Source: Girardia tigrina
Lineage: Eukaryota
DNA: 56,600 bases
Direction of reading: 5' to 3'
Assembly (NCBI GenBank): GCA_001938485.1
Contig: MQRK01245662.1
Location: forward strand, 17,595 to 74,194
Shown in pieces: positions 25,763 to 39,250 of the stretch. Within the stretch, counting starts at the first letter, position 1; each line of letters opens with the position of its first letter. The notes below the pieces were generated by a model. It was not told the origin of the DNA. It ran no database searches and saw nothing but the letters and a program-made list of their open reading frames with translations. The translations under genes and the position numbers were made by a program.

Positions 25763-27049
25763 TTAGGGTGAACCAAAAGTCTTTTCGTATTTTCTACGTC
25801 TTTTTGTTCAATTGTTTCTAATTACCAAATAAAGATATTTTATTTACATGTGTTATATGATTTTAAAGCTCTTGAACTGCTCTATCACAATATATATTAA
25901 AACTTCTAATTAGTTGTTAATATAATTTTTGTGGTCTTTTAGAAAAATAATGGAAAATTTTAAAATTCGTGTTCTTTTACGCCATTACTGGAAACAAGGC
26001 TTAAACGCAACTGCAGCAACAAAGAAGATATGCGAAGTTGAAGGCGATAATGTGGTCTCAAATCGTACTGCACAAAATTGGTTCAAAAGGTTTAATGAAG
26101 ACGACATTGACCTCGGAGACAATGCACCTTCAAGCCGACCTATCACAGTATATTCCGGAGTAATTCGTGAAGCCGTCGAGACAAATCCGTCAATAAGTAC
26201 TCGCAGATTGTCGGCCGAACTCGATATTCCTCAAACATCCATTGTACGACACATTCACGCTCTTGGCAAGATCAATAGACGATGCCGAGAAGTGCCTCAT
26301 GAATTGACACAAATTCAAGCCGTAAAGCGTTTCAAAACTTGTCAAAAATTGCTTGAAAATCCGCACAATGACCGTTTCATCCGTCGAATTGTAACTTGCG
26401 ATGAAAAGTGGGTTTACTTCAGTAATTCAGACCAACAAAATCAATGGTTGGACCCAGGACAAATGGCGCACCCGGTAGCGAAACGAGATCGTTTCTCAAG
26501 GCAGGCACTTTTGTGTGTTTGGTGGAATTTAGAAGGCGTAATTCACTTTGAGCAGGTTCCAAATGGTCGTACCATCGACGCTGACCTTTACTGCGCCCAA
26601 CTTGATCGAATGTATGCAGCACTTGGCGAGAAATACCCCGCTTTGATCAATCGAAAGCGAGTTCTTCTACAAGAGGACAATGCAAAACCGCACACCGCCA
26701 AACAAACAAAAGAAAAAATCAAAAATCTCGACGCCTTTGAACATCTTGCACACCCAGTGTATAGTCAGGATCTTGCGCCATCCGACTATCACCTTTTCCG
26801 CTCTATGGCACACTTTCTTCAAGGTCGCAGCTTCAATAATCTGGCCGAGGTCGAAAACGGATGTCACCAGTTCTTCGCTTCTAAGAACAAGGATTGGTAC
26901 CGCAGCTGGATCGCACAACTATCCCGTAGATGGATTCAAGCTATAGATTTAAATGGTCTTTACTTTGAAACTTAAATGTTTTTTATTTGTTGTAAAACTA
27001 TGTTTAAATTTTTAATAAAAAATACGAAAAGACTTTTGGTTCACCCTAA
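25763..27049 (+). mobile_element. Full-length mariner transposon with perfect ~30-bp TIRs
   Basis: TTAGGGTGAACCAAAAGTCTTTTCGTATTTT at the left end and its inverse at the right; TA on the left flank, TG on the right. Confidence 0.97.
25950..26975 (+). CDS. Mariner transposase, uninterrupted ORF (341 aa)
   Basis: EVPHEL, TCDEKW, EDNAKPH and YSQDLAPSDYHLF motifs. Confidence 0.95.
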   Translation: MENFKIRVLLRHYWKQGLNATAATKKICEVEGDNVVSNRTAQNWFKRFNEDDIDLGDNAPSSRPITVYSGVIREAVETNPSISTRRLSAELDIPQTSIVRHIHALGKINRRCREVPHELTQIQAVKRFKTCQKLLENPHNDRFIRRIVTCDEKWVYFSNSDQQNQWLDPGQMAHPVAKRDRFSRQALLCVWWNLEGVIHFEQVPNGRTIDADLYCAQLDRMYAALGEKYPALINRKRVLLQEDNAKPHTAKQTKEKIKNLDAFEHLAHPVYSQDLAPSDYHLFRSMAHFLQGRSFNNLAEVENGCHQFFASKNKDWYRSWIAQLSRRWIQAIDLNGLYFET

Positions 27050-28397
27050 TGTAATTGGTTATGATATAAAATTAATAAATTACTGAATAAAATTGTTTAG
27101 AATCTTTCATTGAGAAGAGGATCGCTTTACTATGTATTAAAAACAAGTAAAAATTTAAAAAGTTTAGTTTTCTCAGCAACAGAAGAAATACAATTACAGA
27201 AATTGGTTTAATTTTACCAATAAGGAAATCATTTTTAATCAAGAGATACATTTTATTCATTTGGTTAAAACTGTATCTTACCATTTAATTTAAACTTAAT
27301 TTATGTTTATAAATTTTATGGAAAACTGCTACAAAAAGTAAATGTAAAGATATTAAAAGATCTTCAATGCTTTAACAAAGACTTCTCAGTCATTCTATAT
27401 GCAATAAAATGCTTACTATTCATACACAGTTAATCGGAAAGGAATGATTCAACAACAGTTGTATAGCTTACTTATTTAACTACAATGTGTGCTAATTGCA
27501 GCAAAATGAAACATTTTAAGTTGCGATAGTCAAAGTATTAATTAATAATTCCAGTACCTTGAATACTTCCTTTTACTGGACGTTTACTTCTAAAAAAATC
27601 AAACTTAATAAAATATGTGCAAAAAACGTCTCTAGTGAAACATTAATTGACCTGGCATTTTAAGAATGGTATAAATCATGTTTGTTAAGAGAAGCGAAAA
27701 TAACCCGATATTGTTGATAATAATAAAGAACAAAGTTTTCAGGGAAATTAACAATTGATACAACTTGAAAAACATTAGAAGATTGAAAAAGAAGGACACG
27801 AGAAATTACGCAGATGATGGCAGTCGAGATTAGCAACTGTTAATATACCAAGGTAGATATATGAACTATTTTGTAACATTTGTATGGTTCACTGATGTCA
27901 AAAATTGGTGTAAAATTTCAGAAGAAAAAGTTGAATTTCAGAAATATTGCTGAAAACATTTTGCAATTTAGATTTTTTGCCTCAGCAAACTATCAAAGCG
28001 CCTTTGTAGAGAAAATACAAACTTGTAAGCTGTACAAACTATCTTATCTTTTGTGTTAAGAAATTTATTTTGGAATAATTATGAAGATGTATAACGATTG
28101 CCAGGAATATAAGAACTAAAGCAAATGTATCAAGGCCAAATAATTTCTCATATCAATTTTTTAAACCAAAAATATAAAGTAATCTTTCCATGCTCTAATT
28201 CTTTCAACTTAACCACCATCTGTGAGATGGGCATGACATAGGTATAACATCATCATTGAATATAAAAGACAACCAAATCAACCTCACTTTTGTAATCTAA
28301 TGAAATGAGATATCAGATATCATAATTGAATAGCGAATGCTTTTGGAGTCTAAGAAAATCCATGAGAGAATTTAGAAGTTATTCATTCATTATTCTT

Positions 28398-28930
28398 GTG
28401 AAGAATATTTTAAATTGGGTATGTTGAGTTTAGTATTTGGAAATGTGTTTCTCCCACCCAGATGGAAAATTGATATTTTTGATGTTCGCGATGAATAGTT
28501 GTTCGGACATAGTTGGAATTTTAAATTGCAATATAAGATACATTAAAAAATATTTAAAATATTATCCCGTTTCAAATTTTAATATCAAAAATTTAAATAA
28601 AGTAAATAACTTTTAACTAATTTTTAAATTGATTAAATTAATGTTTTTTCTTTAAATACAATCATTTTTAAAATTAAATTAATATTTAGATAAAATTTTT
28701 TTACGGAAATTATAAAAGAAGAATTTTTAAAAATAAAATCTGAAAATCATTTTAAATGAAAATTTGTTCAATAAAATGTTTATTACCAAGACATTAACAA
28801 AAATTTATCAATTTAGCGAGATGTCGAATTTTGAAAGCTTGGCTGAGAGTTGTCCAAAAAACAATTCAAATTGTGATGAAAATACATGTGTGAAAACCCA
28901 TTTTGGTTTTTCTTAATAATTCTCATTCAT
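28398..28930 (+). repeat. Unclassified dispersed repeat terminus, copy D
   Basis: GTGAAGAAT at 28398; TGTGTTTCTCCCACCCAGATGGAAAATTGATAT from 28444; short MSNFESLAESCPKNNSNC reading at ~28821. Confidence 0.6.
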
Positions 28931-30726
28931 GCTTTATTCATACACTTTCCATTTGCCTCTTCGCTTTAGTCGACATAGAAACGCAGACGTTACTATGACA
29001 AAATAAAATCAAAAATCGTATTTACCAGCACTACCGAGAACGATTTATCACAACTTCACATCCTTTACTCTCAAGGAAAGCCGTTGTTCCTTTGTATTTT
29101 ATTAATGAATTAAAATATTAGAATTAAATGCAAATCGAGTTTCCTATTCCTTCAAATGATATCTCAATTTACATCCTCCCGAAATTAGGAAAAAAATAAA
29201 GTAAAATAGAAATAGAAGATTTCATAGAAACGATGTATTAATTATCAACAAAAAACGATCTTTTTTTTATAAAAAATATTTAATAAAAAAATAAAATCCA
29301 TAGAAAACTCATAAAAATTAAATATCTTAAACATTAAGTATCTTTCAAAAACAGTTTTAAATTAAAATTAGTGAAATAATAACATATTTATATCAACCAG
29401 GGCAAAACAAAACTGAGGTAAGGGGTTTTATACTTTTCTAATTTAATTACATTAGGGGGAAATGTAAAGCGTTTTTCATTCAATCATTCAATATCGAAAC
29501 ACCGAATAAGTATTAAAGTAAATTAATTCTCGAATACTATAAAAAACTCATAGGAATGTAACTTGAACATGAAAGTTAAGCTTGTGTAACCTTATTTATA
29601 ACATTTCTGTTTTCGACGACCCTGAGACTCATTATTGAGGTTAAAATTCCCTTACCACTAACCAATTTGAGACTATCTGCTGCGCTGTGACATTTTATCT
29701 GAATACACTGTTGATGTTTCGCATGGTTGTCTGTTGGAAATCGAACTTTATATTAGTTTGAATTTCTGCCTTTATCATTTTTTAAAATACTGATTATTAA
29801 AACAAGTTATCAATAAATATTAATTAATTTTTAATGATGTTTTCAATAGCCAAGATGTGCAGCAATCAAAAAAATAACTGAGAAACAAAATGATTAGTCA
29901 TTGTCAAATCATAACTATTTGAATTTTTGGTAATCATGCCTACATATTTCATACTTAACAACCTAATAATTATTATATTTCCACACCTATTAAAATTGTA
30001 ATTCAAGATTTTTAAATATTTAAAATTATTCGGAAATATGAACAAATCTTCTTAAGATAAAGATCATCCTTGTATCGGATCTGTCAGCTTTTAAATTTGG
30101 TTAAAGAATTTCCTTCACGCAGTTCTTCAACTTCATCCATTGACAATAATTGAGGACTTTCATACAGTGTTGAACAATAGGAGGAGACTGTAGATAGAGG
30201 AATCCAAGACTGAACTAAAAAGTATCTACAAAAGAACTTCAACATCATCTCATTCTTCCATCTTCTTAGTGGCTGTCTTGATACCATGAATTAATTTCTT
30301 GTAACATGAACTCTCTGAAAACCAATTCTTTAATCCTTCTACCTTTGAAGTTCTCATCACAAAAGAGTTATCATTTTATTACAAGATTTTTATTCATTCT
30401 TTTGTAAGACAAATTGGATGAATATCGGTCTTTTGAAAACTAAGACTGCATAGAAATAAAAAAGAGTTAAAGAGGATCACAAATGATTGAGTGTATCGGC
30501 GGAATATATAAATCGTTGCAAAGCAAGATCTTTACAAGTCCAGCGTAGTCGGTACGTTTATCCTTAATCATCAACATTTAAAGAGAAAAATGATTTTTTT
30601 CCAGTATAAAATCTTCTTAAACAACACAAATTCTAACATTTAGTAATAGTTCTAAAATAACAAATGCATTAAGAGCAAAATTATTGAGTTATTAATGAAA
30701 GTATTGAAATGAAATTCTTAACTCAC

Positions 30727-30940
30727 CAGCAATTAATAGGTAGAAAATGACCAATAATTGATAAATGCCCTGACCGATGATGTACTTTAGCATGGGCCGA
30801 GTAATGAGTGGTTTCGTTCGACCGTACGGCGCTCGATCCAGCAACTCTTCTCCCGGTAACTCCGTTGCCAATGCTAATGAGGCTAATGTATCCATTATCA
30901 AATTAACCCACAACATTTGCACTGCCTTTAATGGACTGTC
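30727..30940 (-). CDS. PMCA: PMCA exon (TM6-TM7)
   Basis: caacag|[27 protein letters not shown]...PYGRTKPLI...LIAG|gtgagt. Confidence 0.97.
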
Positions 30941-31387
30941 CTGTTGGTTATCAAAAATTATAATTTATCACAAAAACTTAATTATTTATAAATTTAAAAG
31001 TAAAGTTACATATTTAGAATAATTTGAGACAAATGTATGACTTAACTATTTAATTTGCCCTCTTATCTTGAAAAGTTTTGCCTTAGAAATGCTAGTTCAA
31101 TAAAGGTTCAATAAAAGTTCAATTAAACATCATCCTTTTGTAAACATTCATCAAACATGAAAAATGTATAAAAATCACCAGAGCGGATTATAAATTAAAA
31201 AAAATATAAATCAAACTAATAAAAAATTTAAGTATTATACATATTATACATTTTTCGTATTATGTATAAACTTTGCATTAATACATAGAAGTAGCTTATT
31301 ATTCCATGGTGGATTAATCAAATCAATTTCTATATGTAGGAAAAGGAAAGTGTTTACCACATCTGTAGTTCATTTTAATGTGTCGAA

Positions 31388-32596
31388 TTAGTATGGGGAA
31401 AATGCGGGTTCTGGATCAAGGCCGGGGGGAGGCCGTTGCCATGGTAACGGTCACGGTTATCATAGCAACGGTTCCGATCACTTTAGAAACGGTTCCGGTT
31501 ACCATAGCAACGGTTCCGGTTCACTTGGAAACGCTTCTGATTGGTTCCAGGTTCCTTAGCAACAGTTCTGATTGGTCCTTGGTTCCCTAGCAACGGTTCC
31601 GGTTCACTTGGTGACGGTAACCAAGGTATTGGTTACCATAACAACGGTAACCAAGGGACGCTTTTCATTGACAACGGATACAGTGATTCAAGACGGTTGT
31701 AACCATGGTAACGATTACCGTATCCATAGCAACCGTGACCCTATCACTAAGGAAAGTAGAAAAAAGTGCTAATCGATTGTTGTACAGTGCCCAGATGTGC
31801 TAATCGATAATTTTTAAGTGTTAATCGATATTGCACATTGTGCCGCGCATTTCTAATGTGCTAACACAGTTCTTTTCAAGCTGCACATGTGCAAAAGTGC
31901 AAAAATCTATACATGAAATTTTTCAAAAGTATTAGTGTCAAAAATCGATATCATGTGTTTGATGCACATTTAGATTCTCTATCTGAATATGTAATTAGAA
32001 ATTTCATATATTGATAACTTTTCCCTATAATTAACATTTTCGTATATATATGAAACCCCTGTGATATATGTATGTTTTTTACCATCAAACAATTCCACAT
32101 GAATCGCTCAATGTACCTCATCATCAATCACAAGTACCATGGTTACCGTAACCAAGATACATAACTTTTTATTTTACAAGGGTATATAAGGTGAAGAATG
32201 CAAAATATGAAAAATCTGTTTGGACACATGGAGCCATAGGGAGTAACTCATATATGAATAGTCAGAATATGATCTTAGATTTTTGAAAAAAAATCAATAC
32301 TTAGTGCTCTTTCGAACATATGCACATTATGTGTGCAAATATTATATTATAGATATGTATTATATTATGATATTATACTGTTATCAACCAATATCGTATT
32401 AACCATTCAAAACATTACCGTGTCCTAGGAGATATTGTCATGCATCCATCATGTCAATGTATTGCATTCATTATGTCAATACAAAGGTGAACATGTAAAA
32501 AATACAGAAAATATTGAATAATATATAAATATTACAATTAATATATATTACAATGCCTAATGAGCGTTATATATAATAACATTACGCTATATGAAA

Positions 32597-32647
<51 letters not shown>

Positions 32648-34640
32648 ACATTACACTGTCTAAATATGTAAAAATAATTATATAGTTTTTTAGTAATTTG
32701 TTTTAATGTGTCACTTGTAGTAAATAAACACAAGGCGGGATTTTGAATTTAGAATTGCAGATTCTTCAAATAATGAACAGGGTGGGACTTTGAATTGCTA
32801 ATTCTCTAAATATAGCCGATATTTGGTACAAAATCATGTCAATATGTTTTACACTTTCCTGGCTAGGTAGCCAGTCCTGGCTATCTTAGGATAGGCTAGA
32901 GTACTCCACTGTATTCTTTTTCAATGGAAAATGTTGAATAATGTGCTGTAAGGAGCCTAGGTTAGCCCATGCTAGCCTAGGCTAGCTTTTGATCAATCCA
33001 ATTTACCTACCATATCATCAATATTAGTATACAATCTATGGAAGTCATAAATGATTATGGTCAACATATTAATACTATGGATATATATGGATATGAGCGA
33101 TATGTAGTCTGTTATGTAATAGAAAGACGTGCAATTGCGCAATTATTCAACCCTTTCGTTGACTGTGATTTCTTTATGTTATGTATATCAATATATGACT
33201 AGAGGTAATTATATGTCTTTATCATTGAAAAAAATTTATATATTACATGATTTTACATGAAAATCATATATTATTCTATGTTTTTCAGTAATTTATGTAA
33301 ATTTTTATATATACATTCTTACAAAACCTATAAATAGTTTACACACTACATATAGATTATAGCCTCCCTAAGCTTACCTAGATCCTGTCTAGGCGTAGTG
33401 CAGCCTAGTGCTACATATAACACATATATTGCATTAACTTTGATGAATCAAGTCTCAATGTCTTTTATGGTTGATAAAGTATATTTTATGGTTGATGATA
33501 TGCTGATAAGGTATATGGTAATTTATATGGTTGATAGTATGGTTTTTAAGGTATTTTGATGGTTAATATGTCAATTTTGATGATTGTTGAGGTATATTTG
33601 ATGGTTAATAGTATGGTTGATGATGTATATTTGATGGTTGATGATATGACTGGTAAGGTAGTTTGATGGTTGATATGTCAATTTTGATGGTTGTTGAGGT
33701 AAATTTGATGGTTTATAATATGCTTGTTGAAGTACATTTGACAGTTGATAGGTATATTTGATTATTTTTATGGTTGTTGAGGTAAATGTGATGGTTGATG
33801 ATATGGTTGTTAAGGTATATTTGATGTTTCATATGCTGATTTTGATGGTTGATAGCATGATGGTAATGTTTGGTAAGGTAGTTCTTTTAGTACTTTATAT
33901 ATTATTCAGCATTTTCTGTATTTTTTACATGTTCAGCTGTGTATTGATATGATGAATGCAATACGTTGACATGATGGATGCATGACAATATCTCCTAGGA
34001 TACGGTAATGTTTTGAATGGTTAATACGATATTGGTTGATAACAGTATAATATCATAATATAATACATATCTATAATATAATATTTGCACATATAATGTG
34101 CATATGTTCGAAAAAGCACTAGGTATTGATTTTTTTTCAAAAATCTAAGATCATATTCTGACTATTCATATGAGTTATTCCCTATGGCTCCATGTGTCCA
34201 AACAGATTTTTCATATTTTGCTTTCTTCACCTTATATACCCTTGTAAAATAAAAAGTTATGTATCTTGGTACTTATGATCATGGTACTTAATATATTAAG
34301 TTATATTAAGTACCATGGTTAAGTACCATGGTCATGTAATCATGGTACTTGTGATTGATGATGAGGTACATTGAGCGATTTATGAGGTATTGTTTGATGG
34401 TAAAAAACATACATATATCACAGGGGTTTCATATATATATATACGAAAAAATCGAGTTTTCAGCACTTTTTTGAGAATTTCAGAAATGTTCGAAAAAATC
34501 GATATTTCAGCACCTTTTTCGAAAATGTTGATGTGGAATTTAAATGTACGTATATGGGTTTCTATTCAAGTGCATCAGCACATTTTTGATATTCTGCTTC
34601 CTTGTACCTCTAAAATCGATGTGCATTTTCAATAAAATAT
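31388..34640. mobile_element. Non-coding foldback or Polinton-TIR-like element with internal ~500-bp inverted repeat
   Basis: Highly similar inverted arms at ~32037-32535 and ~33890-34450; GC-rich X-box array at the left; degenerate ATGGTTGAT repeats at 33467-33880. Family not identified; outer boundaries approximate. Confidence 0.6.
31435..31733. promoter_or_regulatory. Cluster of RFX X-box-like motifs with CCAAT boxes
   Basis: GTTGCCATGGTAAC, GTTATCATAGCAAC, GTTACCATAGCAAC, GTTCCTTAGCAAC, GTTCCCTAGCAAC, GTTACCATAACAAC, GTAACCATGGTAAC, GTATCCATAGCAAC, plus two CTGATTGGT. Confidence 0.6.
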
Positions 34641-35795
34641 CTTTTTTGAGATAAAATTTTTAAAATTTAGTACTTGTGTTGAGGTAATATTTTAATATTT
34701 ATAAATAAAAATATAAAAAATTTAAATTAATAAAATTAATTAATAATATAGAAGGTCAGTTTGATCTTAATTATAATTTTAAGTTTTCGGATAAACATCC
34801 GATCCCGATCAGATCATCCAGTTAATTGACTGGATCAAATTTTGATCTATATAAATATCGAAAATATTGAACTGAAATAGTTGATAAAAAATTGAACTGA
34901 AATAATTGAATTGAAAAGTTTGTTTTTTAAAAAATGGAGAGAGACTATTGATTTACAAAAAAAGGTAATTATAAGAAACTATTTAAAATATCTATATTCA
35001 ATATATATTCACGCTGTAAAGTGATACAAATTTAAAAATTAAATCAACCCGAGTTCTCGCTAAAGGCTCTCGGTTTTTTCAAATATAAAATCAGCCAGGG
35101 GCCAAATAAAATATTACTTTTTCGTCAAACATTTTTTTATATTTTCACTTGTAATTTATTTGAAGTAAATTATTTTAAATTAATTATTGTAAATAAATTA
35201 ATGTAAATTATTTATTGTAAATAAATTAATGTAAATTATTGTAAATTATTTGTAGTTATATAAATATATTTTTTTATAACATCAGAGTTCTTTTCCAATT
35301 TTAATAAACACAAGTAACACTCAACACTTGTTGTAACCGTCACTTTTCATTAATACAAAAAAATTAAACGAACGACTTTCTGAGAAAATTTCTATAGATT
35401 TATTTTATTTCGTATGTTTTTTAAAATATTTAATAAATAATAGTATAAAAATTTTAAAATTATATAATAATTATGATAAATGTTTAAAAGATATTGTTCC
35501 TTCAGATCTGAAGACCGGACGGTCGTACCAGATACATGTCTGTAAATACAGGCTTGGGTCATTTAAAATTATTTAGAATGATCATTATTGAAATCTTTCT
35601 CTTTTTAATTTCATCCCAAATAAAAGTCAAAAATTTCAGTCAAATAAAAAGTTTATTTTTTCCAAAAATAATACAAATTAAGCAACTTGGAAATAGCAAA
35701 TGTAAATGTACTACTTAGAAAATATTCCTAAGTCGTAAAAATCAAAATATTCGCCTTCAAAATAAACTCATTATCAACTAGCACTTAACAAGTTG

Positions 35796-36095
35796 TGAAA
35801 GGGGGCGATTCTGTCTTCGATCGTTCCCCTGGTCACACAATCGATTCCAATGGAGACTGTCTCAAGTAGCAGCATTTTGTAATGGCGCTCGATGGACTCC
35901 ATAGCATCGGTAGTCTGTCTTCGGAATCGATAATCACGTGCGCTACACGAAGTGTCGAGGGGACAATGTGTGTCGAGGCGCTCGACAGTGAAGACCCATT
36001 AAAGCGGACCGGCGATTCAATGTAAGAAAATGATTTGGTAGACGCATATTAAAAACAAGTGACGAATTAAATACATTTATTTTATGATATTTACA
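35796..36095 (+). mobile_element. Solo LTR (300 bp)
   Basis: TGAAA...TTACA ends, 4-bp TSD GTTG on both sides, ATTAAA motifs in the 3' part. Confidence 0.65.
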
Positions 36096-37869
36096 GTTGC
36101 TCATTCAAACGTGGAGTTCATTACTTTTTATCATTTAGTTCATTTGAACAATTGTCAATATTTTCCTCAGTTGTTATTTTTTATAATTTTGTAATTAGTT
36201 CATATTTTTTGATCACCATAAGCCATTATTATTCGTCTTTAAATCTTTCAGACATATTTATAGTAATCTCATTAAATAAATTGCCAAAATAATTCGTTTT
36301 TAAATCGACTCAGAAATTCATTAAATGAAATTCAACAATAAATTTTCCAGTTCAGTGAAATTTTTCGATAACAATAACTTGATAATAAATTGCAAATAAT
36401 TTAACAATCAGCAAATCGCTAAATCCAAATTATGAAACAAATAAATTCGACAATACGAATCATAAAAAGTTTGACAAAAAAAATCCTAAGTCAGTTTAAT
36501 AAAATTTTGATTTAAAATCACTTAACCAATCAGAGTGAGTAATTTCATTCATCAACAAACCAGCACAAATTCTGACTCTCTCACGGCTTGATGAGTCATC
36601 GGTGGATACACACGAGCAGCTATACCCAAAAAAAGGCTTGTTTGTTCAGGTTTTTAATTCAAGTAATTATTTAAGTATTGCTTATTTATTTTTTTAAATT
36701 AATTATTTAATTTTATCATTTATCATATAAATATCTTTTATATATTTGGCAAGTGAAAGCGGTAAATAATCAGCAAATTTTTAAAGGTTCAATTGAAACA
36801 ATTTAATTCAATCTAAACTGTCTTCGGGAATAAGAGATGTTTCAATATAAATAGCGATAAAAAACTATTATAAATAAAGATTTATTTCGAAACAGATACT
36901 TTAATTAAAATAATTTAAGAAAATGTTGTTTTCAATACGTTAATTACCCAAAACCTATTCCCGAACCACAAAGTATCCCCCCAAAAATAATTTAAATTAT
37001 GAATATTCTAGAAAATTATATATTTTATTATTGGTAAAATAAATACAAGTTTTAATAAAAAGATGTTATTTTATAATTAAATTGAACTAAACGACATCAA
37101 GACCAACTTATTGAAGTACAAAAGGGAGAAATAAAAAATTAAATAGAAAAGTGATTATTTTTTAATGATAAATGAGAGAGAAAGAGAAAGAAGAATTATT
37201 CCTACCGGGTTTTCCATATGAATGCATATTAGCAGTGAGTGCGTTGCTTGAAGAATTATATGACTTCCTAATTAGAAAAGAGATTCAGGAAATAGGAGAA
37301 ATATTTATTGAACAAGCAAGTAATCTATTTACCAACACTATTTGATGGGTCTTCTTTGATAATGAATCGAATAAGTTCTATTTCTGAGGAAAGAGATTCA
37401 AAGATAAAACGGATCACCTATCATGAGACTTAGTCAATAAAAAGTCTCAGGGGGGTAATTAGTTTTCATAGGGAGAATTATTTATTCATATTGTTCCTTT
37501 TGAGACTATTCTGCTGTATTAACAAGTTGGGAGACAATGAATTTGCTGTAAGACAAAATTTTATGTCTGTCGAGAAACAAGAAACGATGTTTGATTGTCT
37601 AATTTAATTTAGATTATGTTTATTTTCTCTAACTGATTATAATTATCGAGAAAAAAAGCGAAAAAAATACTTCTTCGGCATAATTTTCTTTTCTCTAATT
37701 AATTCAGAGAAATAAGAAAAAAATAAATAAAATAAATTCTAATATTTATAAATTAACAAATTTCCTAATATTAACCAATCAGAAATTGGCAAAAGAAAAC
37801 TAAATTATTTTCTCTGAAATTTCAAATTGATTTCTATAAAGAGAACGAAAGAAAAAAAATGAAGAAAAT

Positions 37870-38147
37870 TAAATTTTTTTCTAAATATTTTATTTATATT
37901 TCTTGAAAAAATAAAAAATATATTATGTTATTTATTTCTGATTGGAAATAAAAAATATAATAAAAAATAAGAGTAATGATCTTCATAAAAATAAAAAAAA
38001 TAATAAACTAAGTATAATTTTTTTACAAATTTTTTTACTTATATTTCTTGACAAAAAATATTTAAAATTATTTGTTTAAATGAAAAATATTAAATATAAT
38101 AAAAAAATAATAGTGAAGATCTTCATAAAAATAAAAAATAATATATT

Positions 38148-38185
<38 letters not shown>

Positions 38186-38320
38186 CTACATATTTTATTT
38201 ATATTTCTTGAAAAATAAAAATATATATATTGTAATTTTTTTAATTAATATATAAAAATAATAATAAAATAAAAGTAAGGATCTAAATAAAAATAAAAAA
38301 AATAATAAATGATATATTTT
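37870..38320. repeat. AT-rich degenerate tandem repeat (~150-bp unit, ~3 copies)
   Basis: Recurring ATATTTCTTGA...GATCT(TC)ATAAAAATAAAAA blocks at ~37896, ~38041 and ~38201. Confidence 0.6.
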
Positions 38321-38863
38321 TAGATCAAATGCCTTTCGAAAGACTCTCACTTGCCAATCTCCATCTTATCTCCCGGCTGTTGTTGCTGCCCATATGTCCC
38401 CACTCCCGGCAGCACTAATTTCAGTAACAAATCCCACAACCGTCTGCCGGGTTATTATTATTAATAAATATTTAATTTAAAAAGAATAGTATTTGACATT
38501 TCCATTGATATCGAGGCTCTCATTTCCTGTTCAAACGGATGCAATTAAACTTCTGTCTTTCATCATTCAGAAGGCTTTTAACATTGAATAAAATATAATT
38601 TCGGATGGAGCCGATAATAATTTCATTTAGTAATAAATTTAATTTTAAGGTCTGTTTTATTTAACTAATAATTTTTTTAATTGCTAAATAAATATTTATT
38701 ATATTTTTAAATTGAATTTTATGAATTACTAAAAATTTAATTTTAAGTTATTTTCATTTGATTTTATCTAATAAAATATTTTATTGATATTAAAATTCGC
38801 CATGGAATTTATTTAACATCAAATTCATTAAATATAAATAAACTCTTCCAATTGATTGTTTTT

Positions 38864-39250
38864 GTAAGGAGTATTTAAAATTGTATGTGAATGCACTATG
38901 TTGATTTAAGCATGTTGAACCTAGAATAGTGATTCTCCACCCAGATGGAAATCGATATTGTTTGTTCGACTATTCGAACATAATTAAAATAATAATAAAG
39001 AAATGATAATAATTTGATAAGTTTAAACTTTGGAAATTATTAATATAAACCGAGTTTAACATTTTTAAGAAAAGAAAAGTACTTAATGGACATAAAATTA
39101 AATAATGAAAATTAAATTTAACTTCATTTTACAATTTGATAAAAATATTTTTATTTAGAGGTCTTAAAACGAAATGGTTAAAATTATTAATTTTATTAAA
39201 AGTAAAAGAACTAGAAGACATCGGTTAAATAAACTTATATTTCAATACAA
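38864..39250 (+). repeat. Unclassified dispersed repeat terminus, copy E
   Basis: GTAAGGAGT at 38864; GTGATTCTCCACCCAGATGGAAATCGATAT from 38929. Confidence 0.6.

Noticed and set aside
26419-26946. Short ORFs overlapping the transposase, and similar antisense ORFs over PMCA exons and LTRs
   Set aside because: Shadow frames of real coding or GC-rich sequence with no independent support.
31378-31772. Val/Thr-rich ORFs
   Set aside because: By-products of the X-box repeat array.
33758-33952. Met/Val-rich ORF
   Set aside because: Translation of the ATGGTTGAT repeat.
35500-35540. CTGAAGA plus GACCG/CGGTC hairpin as an eighth hammerhead
   Set aside because: No GAAA and no palindromic stem III.
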